A stretch of DNA of 20,000 nt from the NCBI GenBank assembly GCA_000934665.2, contig KZ538432.1, forward strand, positions 50,840 through 70,839, read 5' to 3'. Source of the DNA: Catajapyx aquilonaris (taxonomy: Eukaryota). Positions 1 through 9,346 of the stretch are shown piece by piece. The notes under the pieces were generated by a model. It saw only the letters and a list, made by a program, of their open reading frames with translations, was not told where the DNA came from and ran no database searches. Position 1 is the stretch's first letter; each line of letters opens with the position of its first letter. Both the position numbers and the translations under genes were made by a program.

Positions 1-49
1 GAAGGGTAAAGATTCTTGACCTGTACCTGTCAAATATCTTAGCACTTAA

Positions 50-174
50 GGGCCGGTTTCACCGAGCTCAGTATATGATAAAACCAGGGTATTTCTCAAA
101 ATCCCTATCTATTTGTATGGATTTTCCTAAAGAAACCTGGTTTTATCATATACCAAGCTCGGTGAAACCGGCCC
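50..174. mobile_element. 125-bp MITE, PIF/Harbinger (Tourist-like)
   Basis: 39-bp terminal inverted repeats (GGGCCGGTTTCACCGAGCT..GTATATGATAAAACCAGG, 37/39 matches) flanked by TAA at 47-49 and 175-177. A 3-bp TAA target-site duplication (TSD) and GGGCC-starting TIRs are typical of PIF/Harbinger. Confidence 0.85.
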
Positions 175-1103
175 TAAGATCGTGTGTAACAAATCAGCTC
201 ACACCCGTATTGGTAAAAATCTCGCTGACACTCATTTCCAGCCTCTCCTGTCACCCTTACCTTCAAGTGTAGCTGTGACTTACATACATCATTGGAAAGC
301 CCATTTAACCCCTACTGGACGGGTGGCATTTACAGTGTGCCAGTGGCTTTTACAGTGAAATGAGATTTTTCTCCTGCAGAGTAATGCTTTTTCTATGTTG
401 CCTTTTCACTCTACTCACATTTAAAAAAAAAAAACACTTTTTAGAACTACAAAGAGTGGGAAAAATAGGCTCACAAATTTTGTTATGTAAGCATTTTTTT
501 GTCAGTTGTAAAATAAAATCCGGCATAATTTGTTTTTACCTCGTTATTTTTGGCATGTCGGGGTTTAGCCAAGCTTCGTAAATATTACCTAAGTGAAAAG
601 TAACTCAACGGTATTATTTATTATTTTAAAAGTAATTTATTTGTCAGCAACCGTAAAGTTATTGCTCCCGTTGGAACACTGACTTTAGAGCCTAAGCGGT
701 TATCATTTGTGACCCAAACTGCCACAACCTTGTAAAGCAGCCTCAAATGCAAATTATAAACTCATCATCATCTCTTACATGTCAATAACAAGATTCCAGC
801 ATGTATTTTTTGCTGACTCCTCTCCCGAAAAATGATGAATGAGCGAAAAGACCCAGCTAATAGGATTGAATCTATCAACGGTGTGTGACACCACGTCCAA
901 CTTGAAGATGACTTCACAGGAGCTAGACTGCTAGAGTCTACGATTTCCACCGATACGAATGTGAGCTCAATTCTGTTCCACTCGACCAAAAGACAAATGG
1001 AGAGAGACAAATCGCATTATCTTAATCCAACCACTACTCCAAACCAAACCAGACCAAAGCAGACGATCAGGCTTTCACAAGTAGGCGTAGTTGCTATGTA
1101 ATG

Positions 1104-1160
1104 CAGTGGCGTAGGCAGGTGGGGGGGGGGGGGGCATCGGGGCCGGCCCCTCCCCCCGAA
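1104..1160 (+). mobile_element. Probable solo left end of a hAT-like non-autonomous DNA transposon
   Basis: CAGTGGCGTAGG followed by a G-run and a C-run, a common terminal layout of hAT-type MITEs. No matching right TIR or 8-bp TSD was found nearby. Confidence 0.3.
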
Positions 1161-3360
1161 ATGTTTGAAATAACATTAGAAATTACTAATTCATGATTTT
1201 TTTTCGAAAAAGTGCTGCCAATTTCATCAAATACACACCCATTCAAATCTCCCACATTCACCTAAGTTCGTGTGACCTTGACCCCCCCCCCATTCCGGCT
1301 GCGGCGGGCTTGCTCCCCGCCCTTTACGGCTTGTTCACCTAGTGCTTATGAAATGGGCCGACAGACGGTCCTAATAATTGCATATCAATATGTTGTATCC
1401 TAAGGGTAGACACTACAGTGTCAGTGATTGTACATATAATACCTATCAAGTGAAAACAATGATAAGATACGCGAAATATGAATTGCCTCTGAAAGCTTTT
1501 AAGGCAGATGTCGTGTCCCACCTGTGTCCGCTGGGGCCGAGCTTGGAAATCGTCCGGAACAAATTTGTCCGATAAAAAGGAGAGATTAGATTGCAGAGAG
1601 GACATGGGGAAACGGTGACAAGCCGATAACGTGCAAAGGGCTATTGGACTCGGAGCTTGCAGTGCCAATGCTAAGAGTCTTTAATTGGATTACCAACCCC
1701 GATTCGGGGATCGGGAACTGTGACCAGACCAGAATTTTCCCACCGATTCTCACCAAAAACCACCCACGCTTTTCAACATTTTATGGCTCCCCTCCAAACA
1801 TTTTGTTCATCTAAGAATGAAATCCTGCTAAGTTCTTCTACCCCCCAACCTCGCACCCCAACAGTGCGCTATTCTTTGATGAAAGCAGCGTTTCAAGTTT
1901 CTGCAATGTTTAGTTTTCCCGGATTGTGGGAAGCTCAACTTGTCACCAAGTTTTACCCAGACGCTCTTCGGGCCTAATTCCTCATTTCCTGGGGAAAGAA
2001 ACTCGGTTCCCTTATTTTTCCACGACTTGCAGACTCGTCTCGACTTGATCCCCCCCCCCCTCCTCCCCCACTTGGCTTTTACTCTAACTTCAAGGTACCC
2101 CGATTAAATGAGATGCCCCCATTATTAGGACTCGCAAAGACAACAACTCTTATTTGTTACTCCAACCCTCAGCCACATTTCTTCATTCCTCATAGTATGA
2201 AGGACCATTTGTTTGGAGGACTCTAAGCTACACTGGACGTGCTGTGGATTTCCAAGGGAAAGGAAGTTTCTGGCCATTGTCTGCTTTAATGGGATTAAGT
2301 CCCGAATCTGGTCCTTTTTTGTGCCAATTCTCATTGCAAACACTGTAGTTGGTGAATGAACAAGTTTGAGCCCCCTCATCTACCATGATGGAAAGTGCTG
2401 TCGTACCACTCCTCCCAAGGTTTTATTGTCACGCCACATTATTAGGCTAATGGGCCAGTAAGTTGAGGGTTCACCAACTCTACCGAAACATTCTTCGCTT
2501 GACTGTAACATCGGTTCTCTCCGAAACAGTATCCCCACTTGTATCTACTCTCCGTAATGCGCCTGAATAAATAATACCTCCATAGTATAGCGCCGAGTAA
2601 TATCCGTATACCCACCCGGTCGTACGGTCAAAGATGGCGACTGGTTCGCAGATTTGGAATATGTGTATGTGACCGGAAAACACAAGTAATCTGAATTGGC
2701 CAAGTTCCAACTTGGCAGCCATACTCTTCGGAGAAACCCAGAAGAAAGACATGGCAAAAACATAGTACACAAAAAATAGAGTCGTTGTTAACCTTTTTTT
2801 ATCGTCGCTTTTGAATTCGAGTTGGCAGCAAATTATAGTAGGGTGCGTAGGGCAAAGTGCAACCTGATTTAGCACCATACCTTCTAGCACTGACATCTGA
2901 ATAATTAAGCTCACTTTAAGTCTTCAGATCGGATTCCAAAATCCCTTCACTCCCTCGCCATTCCAGGACTATAATTGCGTCCTAGATCGGGTTTCACCAC
3001 ACGACCCGTGCCCACAACCCAAGTGCTGGAATCTACTCGTGTGCAATGTACTTACAAACAAAACGGCTTATAGTCGCAGCCAAGAGCCATGAAACGATAA
3101 GCGCCTAATCCTCGAGTCAATTAGGGTTCTGCCGCGTTATTCACAATATGATGCTGGTTCTGTAACTGGGGTCGTAAACCAGGGCTCTTCCACTCGCAGG
3201 TATACAGCCGAACCTTTTATAGGCGGGAAATCACAGCGGTTTATAGTCGCCTTCGGGGGTGTCGGTCTATTCGCGTAGACATTATGTTTTCTTTTGCTAT
3301 GAATATTATGAGAAAAGTTAGCTGCACGGCAGCTCATTCATAATTTTCTGTAGTATATAG

Positions 3361-5371
3361 TTAGAGACTGGTGTAAAAATGTGTGCGCAGTGGCATGGTG
3401 ACAATGACAACAATGTAAACACGGTGAGAGTTTACGGTGGGGCGAGATTTTTCGTGAAATATCAGACAGAAGAGTGCTTAGGGACCTAGTCCTGACCCTG
3501 ACGAATGTGTCTATAAAATTCCATCGCAAAACCCCGTGTAAAACAGGCATTATGATAATAATATTACCACGCATCATGCGACGGCCATATATTGTTGACT
3601 AACAATGATACCAACAGTTTTGTGTCGGTGCATCTGTGTGGCTTTGGCGTGACCGCACAAAATATTACTGTCCGTCTTGTGGACCTGCCAGGCACGTACC
3701 GTATAGCATTGCCCGATGGCTTTAGTTAGATGACTCGCTTTGCGAGGTGGGGGGGCTCCGCCCCCCCACACCCCCCCTTGGGGCTGCGCCCCAATTGGCG
3801 CGCCTTCGGCGCTATGCCCGTGTTCCGCCTAATCCATCCGGTTACAGAAATCAGTGACGTCACCGGTAGCGATGAGGAGTTTCCGGACGTGCCCTCTCTG
3901 ACGTATCGTTCAAAACAGCGCTTGGGATGACAGGTGGGACCATCTGTGACGTATCATTCCCACGACTCCAGGTTTGAGCAGTGTAAAGCCAGGGGGTGGA
4001 GGAGAGGGGGTGGGCCATTGTTCTCCTCCTTTACGACCATCTGCGGGCAAGGCCGCTCGGGGAACCGGGGAAGTTTGCGGATATACATTAATTTCGCGAT
4101 CTCGGGTTTGCGTCTACATTTAATTTCGCGATCTCGAAAACGGCTGGGAATTTTGCGATTATGAGGATTTTTGAAAATAGGTTAGCGGGTGCAAGGAATC
4201 CAACGGCGTAAGTCCGAGGTCTGTACGACCTCGGGAAGTGGGAGATCTTTTCCATCCTATATCCTCGTCGGATTGGGGCTTTATATATATTAGAAGACTC
4301 GCTTTGCGAGTATATTAGATATTCCTCACCACTAGTCTACTGTCCGTTTGGTGCGCTGCAAGCCAACAAATGCCATTGTGGCTTTGCCAATGTTAGGCCT
4401 ATACTGTACTTTTTAATTAGAGGCAATAATGCGATATCCTGGCGCCAGAACCCGATATGTATAATGAGCTCGGAATTGGAAATGTACCGTAGGCTACCTG
4501 GCAGTACTATACGTATACATAAGCGGACAGTGCTACTGTGCTAGCTCCTGAACCCCGGACCCGGGGGTAAGTGTTGTTGTTTTTGAACCCAGCAGCACGG
4601 GAACAGCCGAAGGGAAATTATCATAATTTTCTGTTTCACGTGGTTTTTTGCGCTCATATTTTATTTTCCATACTCATCAGCGCCAGAACTAGGTCCCTAA
4701 CAAGTTGTACGCCTCTTCTTACAGGTAGTATATATCACTATTGCTATATTGGAATGTGATATATTGTTGTGTGATAATAGGGGGACTGGATGATGAAGAT
4801 GGTGGAGGGCCCCCATGGACTACGTCGCCACTGCTGTTCCCTATGAAAGTTAGTATACGTATATGACACAAAAGAAGCGTATCTCGCGCCACCATCAACT
4901 ACCTATTACCAATAGTAGGTCTATTACATTTTGCGGATATATTACTTTATAATGATTACTCTCGTTATTATTGAATTACATTATATTTAACATATTCAAC
5001 CTCATTTCGTCTCACAATGCAGGCCCGAATGATGAGCAATCTGAGGTGGGAGACAAGTCTGGCGCAAACCAGTTTGAAGTATACTCAGGTAGCTAAATAT
5101 GAAAGTGTTATTTTACTTTATATTTAAAATTTCATACCTTGAATTATTCAACTCTGGTTGTATGAGATCACAGGTACATTACATAAGACATGACCCTTAT
5201 CCTTGTGTTTAACAGCTCTCAGCAGTCAGAAAAAGATACAATAATAATTTTGCCCCGTGTGAAAATATCAGCGCCACCCTCCGCCAGGGGATCCCAAAAA
5301 GGCAGACTCCAGCCAAAATACAACAGAAAGCAAGCAAATCTGGCCCGGGCACAAGTCAGAACTATCATTAG
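3361..5371 (+). pseudogene. Putative decayed multi-exon gene, possibly a single-pass membrane receptor with a Tyr-motif cytoplasmic tail
   Basis: Exon-like blocks with AG/GT boundaries at about 4421-4566, 4781-4848, 5023-5088 and 5216/5223-5371 give APEPDMYNELG, MDYVATAVPYE and PNDEQSEVGDKSGANQFEVYS-A(L/V). Removing 3726-4319 joins a hydrophobic stretch, MALVFLTTSLLSVW. Upstream Cys-containing pieces (ECVYKI, CDGHILL..VHLCG) loosely recall CUB domains. The reconstruction needs several frameshifts and in-frame stops. Confidence 0.3.
3726..4319 (-). mobile_element. Non-autonomous Helitron-like (rolling-circle) element, about 590 bp
   Basis: On the minus strand it starts A|TCTAATATA (5' TC after A) and ends with the hairpin CTCGC-AAA-GCGAG followed by TCATCTAA (CTRR). 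No TIRs or TSD. Internal GC hairpins (GCGCCTTCGGCGC near 3799; CCGAGGTC/GACCTCGG at 4214-4234) and a duplicated TAATTTCGCGATCTCG. The canonical T after CTRR is absent. Confidence 0.55.
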
Positions 5372-7077
5372 TTGCGGTATGTGAATTCGATAGTTATTAG
5401 TTGTTAGACTATATTATTATCTCATATTTGTACAGTTATTTTACACACAAAATTTCTCACAGGGTTATCTCCCTTTTTTATTGGAGAGAAGGCCACGCTT
5501 CAAAGGAAGGTCAAGAAGGATTAAAGTCAACCTTCAACTTGTTGAATGATTTAATAGTACTTAAATGTTTTCTGTTACATAATTGTTCGTGAACAAGTAA
5601 ACTGAATCATCGGCTTGTGGCGTTATAGTTTTTTTATCAACTCAATCGATCTCAATCGCGATTAAAGCGCGCTCCATCGTTTGAAAAGTTCACTACAGTA
5701 TGTGGTCCATAAATGCTGGCTGGAACTTCAACACCGATCTAATCTGGGTAGGTGCCTGATTACGACGTAATATTCTTTGCCCTTCTGGCATGAGGAAAAG
5801 TAGGTACAGTATAACTTACATGAAGGCCAACCACACTTTCTAGCCACGCCAGCGCCATCCTAATCCCGTTCTGACGCTGTCATATCCACAGAAGGTTGCA
5901 ATAGAAGCCTTCGATACGATGCGGCACAATAATTATATCAGAACTTGCTATGTATACAGCATACATCGAAGGTGGAAGGTGCATCGTTTTGCACATGACC
6001 ACTTGAATCATTCAATTCGGACTAAAAGGGCGCTTTAGACTTTTCTACATCAAAAGGATTTGGCTACTTCATGATGCTGAGGTAGGCTACTGTATACAGC
6101 ACATTCGTAGGTTTGCATTTGACTTGCATGTTTTTTCCTATACTGTATTGTGTGACGGGATCCTGGTTAGGTAGGGCATGGTCACCCCTCTGCAATCGTC
6201 TGTGCCACAAAATATAGCAGCATATTCAATAAACTGCCACAGACGAGTCGGTTTGGCCAATGTGATGAACAAGCGTCCCAGAGTGACGGTTAGACAATAA
6301 TAATACAATGGTATTAATTAATTAATGAAAAATTAATTACAACTAATTATCTCCAAATCAAAATCAAATCCATTTTTCCCATATAAAATAATTGAAAGTG
6401 AATTTATCCGTTTCTGGACCGTACATAATATCCATTTCGATAAACTTAAACAGCAAATACACATAATTTAAGGAAACCCTAACAGGATTAAATGCCCTAA
6501 ACAAATTAAAACATGAAAACAATAAAATACATAAATATTGTATAATAAAATGAAAATTGCAATTATTGTGCAAGTGAGGAATGGTGATGTCTGTGTGGCT
6601 GGTGTATCATGCAGGTAGAGAACGGTTACTGTATACATCACATTCGCAGGTGCCATGTGAAGCGCTTCCATGTTGGCAAAACAGTAGCATCATTGGCCTA
6701 TCACTGGGTTATACCTTTGATAATAATACAACTGTCGTGTTAACTAGCCATTTGTAGAATCCAGCTCGCTAGCTAGTCCTATAAACATCTGCAATCATTG
6801 CCTGCATGAAGCATAGTCCAACACCTATATCCTAAGAAATCCGTGCCAAAATTTCGTGCTGCCCGTTAGGCTACCTTAGATGTTCCCATACAATGGCCCC
6901 AAGGGACCAAACCCTGCATGAAGTGTGCGGAATGGGTAGGGGGATAGGGATCCCCCACAGACTCATAAGGGAATTGCATAGACGCTTAGGGGAGTGTTCC
7001 TTTCTGGACAGAGCCAATATTTGTGCACCTGGAAGCACGCTGCACGCAGGTGTGTTTTCTCACACTTTGCTACTCAC

Positions 7078-7181
7078 ATTTCTTGGAGGCATCCGAAGAA
7101 AAAGCTGCCCACTAATGAACCCAGGCCGAAAAGGGCCAGAACCAACGTTGGGTAGAAATCCCGGTCGCACACCAAGTCCCA
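7078..7181 (-). CDS. SLC22: Internal coding exon (104 nt, phase 0 to phase 2) of an SLC22-family organic cation / carcinine-transporter-like MFS transporter; end of the large extracellular loop plus TM2
   Basis: Acceptor TTGACTCTTCTTTGCTTGATTTCCAG and donor GTGAGT on the minus strand. Translation WDLVCDRDFYPTLVLALFGLGSLVGSFFFGCLQE carries the SLC22 WDLVC signature and a Gly-rich TM helix leading into MFS motif A. The 104-nt length and phases match the conserved WDLVC exon of SLC22 genes. The symbol is family-level only. Confidence 0.92.
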
Positions 7182-7358
7182 CTGGAAATCAAGCAAAGAA
7201 GAGTCAATTACATGATTATGGCTCAACTCAGTGCGTCGGAAAGACTAACGAGTAACGACTATTCTCGCAGTATAGGTAAAGAAATGGGGCTCTGCGAATA
7301 CTCCTTGTAGAATAAGACATTGGAAAGAGCGCGAAATGGCAAAAATGGCGAAAATGTT

Positions 7359-7649
7359 TGTTTGTTTGTTTGTTTGTTTGTTTTGTTTTTATACCCCGTT
7401 GGGAGAATCGGCGCTCCATTAGAGGGGTGGAATACCACCATTGGATGAGGGCAAGGATAGGGAAGGAAGGAAGCGGCTGTGGCCTGTTACGTGGAAGCGA
7501 CCCCGGAATTATCCTGGGGGGGGGGGNNNNNNNNNNNNNGAAAACCATGCAGAAAACCACGGTTAGGATCGCCGGCCCCGGGAATCGAACCCAGGACCTC
7601 CCGATTAGCGGTCTGTCTCCTTAACCCCTACACCAACCTGCTTCGGTAC
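7359..7649 (-). mobile_element. tRNA-derived SINE, copy 1
   Basis: Pol III A box TGGTGTAGGGG (7635-7625) and B box GGTTCGATTCC (7591-7581), an (AAAC)n 3' tail, a 15-bp TSD AATGGCGAAAATGTT at 7344-7358 and 7650-7664, and a second copy at 15178-15467. Confidence 0.9.
7527..7539. other. Assembly gap (13 N) next to a poly-G run inside SINE copy 1
   Basis: The N run is directly visible. Confidence 1.
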
Positions 7650-8023
7650 AATGGCGAAAATGTTGCAACAGCAACAAAAGCTCTATATGGCGAATGCGTT
7701 AGTTATATTTTCTTTGTTTATTTATTTATTAGATTATTATATACAATGGACCTACGTGTAAGCATTATTTCTCCCTTCTTTTACCACTTCTGGGCTGACA
7801 TTTCACAATATTTGGATATTGACTGCTCAGACAAAGGGGCAATTGTGGGAGCTGCCATAGGGTAGGTCAGACACTATGAAATAATCGTCATGAAACAAAT
7901 CAGCAGTCACAAGAACAGGGTGTAATTTACATTTCTAGAAATTTATTGTGGATGAAAATTAAACATTACATCCTGAGAGCTTCTCACTGCCCTAGTGAAC
8001 ATGTTTCGCCTCGTGTTCGTAGC

Positions 8024-8682
8024 CTACCATGTTAGATGCGAAGCAGACCCGTGCCATTTGGTCATTTGGGGTCTATCTGCATGCATGAGCTCGGCCAAAG
8101 AGCAAGCTTCCCTCCTCCTGCCTCTAACCTTTGCGACTATGCATGCGAGAAAGCTGTTAGGGTCGCAGATGGACTCTGTCCGAACACTTTCCTTACCCTT
8201 CCCATGCCCGCAACTGCACATTATCACACACATCCTTCCCTCAAATATTCAGCCCGTTTGCATTTTACGCTCCTGTAAGTCCATCAACCTACTGGACGTA
8301 AATGGCCTAGTCATTAAGTTATTTCCAGCAGTGCCACCTCAAGTCCCAGAAAAAGAGATAGGAAAAATGGCGCATGTGTGGAAGATCGGGCCATAAGATA
8401 TTCATGTCGTCCTGTAGCACACTGGCAGGGCAGCATGTCTGCTGTGGACTGTCCCCATCCTCCACCACCACCATCCCCTCCCTAAATCCCTCTAGCGCCC
8501 CCAACTCTGGTGCACATGAAATCTGCTGAGGCTACGCCACATTGATTTCTTTATGAGCCTCGGAACCATTTTTTGAGCCTGGCTTGTTTGCACATATATG
8601 CTACTGGCTAATTTCGTCGCGCACACATGATACTTTGAACACTGCGGGCTGGAAAGTCTACATTTGCCATTTTTTTATGATA
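8024..8682 (-). pseudogene. Possible highly decayed piggyBac transposase C-terminal remnant
   Basis: The minus-strand frame starting at 8682 reads YHKKMANVD...CARRN*P, resembling the piggyBac YNxxMGGVD...RxxxWP block around the last catalytic Asp. About 120 codons later RMCVIMCSC..VRTESICD..FLAC..WH resembles the Cys-rich domain. There are many stops and frameshifts, and no TIRs were found. Confidence 0.3.
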
Positions 8683-9187
8683 ATAAGATTTTATTACCTA
8701 GGGCAATCACTGCAGGCCGGACAAATTTTTGTTCTGTTCATAATACCGCCGGAAACAGGCGACTAGTACTGCATCATGGCTATATACAGGGGAATCTATG
8801 AATTACTATGATCCATGCGTGTCCAGGAATATGTCCAGTCCACCCTACAGTACAATACAACCTCTCCACGTTTAAAGTTGGACGGTATAGCTTCGAGGGA
8901 TTGTGTGGTTGGAGGTATAGGGAGGGATGTGTGTGGAAGCTTACAGGTTTTGGCCGCTTTCTAGGGATTTATAGGGAAAACGGAGTTGATCAGAAGATAA
9001 GACTGCGGGATGTTTCCTATCCTAAATGTGGCCGGGAAAATATTTCCTGGTGTCCTCCTCCCTAAATGTAAATATCACAGGCCAGGTGACGCCAATTGCT
9101 TATTTTATGAAAAGGATTTCTTATCATTTTGCGAATGCCAGATTCGCAGAAATAAAGGATGTGTGGCACATTTATAATTCCATGCAG

Positions 9188-9346
9188 AATCATTAAGAAG
9201 TCCTGACCGGCCAAGGAGTCAATCATTAAGAAGTCCTGACCGGCCAAGGAGTCAATCAGAAGTCCTGACCGGCCAAGGAGTCAATCATTAAGAAGTCCTG
9301 ACCGGCCAAGGAGTCAATCAGAAGTCCTGACCGGCCAAGGAGTCAA
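9188..9346. repeat. Minisatellite, 5 units of 33/33/29/33/29 bp
   Basis: Unit AATCA(TTAA)GAAGTCCTGACCGGCCAAGGAGTC. The units are identical except for presence or absence of 4 nt. Confidence 0.97.

Noticed and set aside
1..29. Minus-strand acceptor followed by GTGQESLPF, resembling the SLC22 pre-TM12 exon start
   Set aside because: Only 26 nt are visible, and the intervening SLC22 exons were not found between 30 and 7077. It could be chance or a neighbouring paralog.
305..330. TTAA-CCCC possible piggyBac left end
   Set aside because: No matching inverted terminus in the window.
1445..1492. Minus-strand SYFAYLII resembling the next SLC22 exon
   Set aside because: It lacks the GRR motif and hits a stop within a few codons.
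3661..3705. LVDLPGTY resembling the FeoB/GTPase G3 motif
   Set aside because: No upstream P-loop or downstream G4 motif; a short chance match.
6893..7255. 120-aa plus-strand ORF
   Set aside because: Partly the antisense shadow of the SLC22 exon; no recognisable protein.
7575..7649. tRNA gene (also 15400-15467)
   Set aside because: The A/B boxes belong to SINE heads. There is no acceptor stem, and a SINE body, tail and TSD are present.
9188..9346. CRISPR-like array
   Set aside because: The repeats are contiguous with no unique spacers, there are no cas genes, and the context is eukaryotic.
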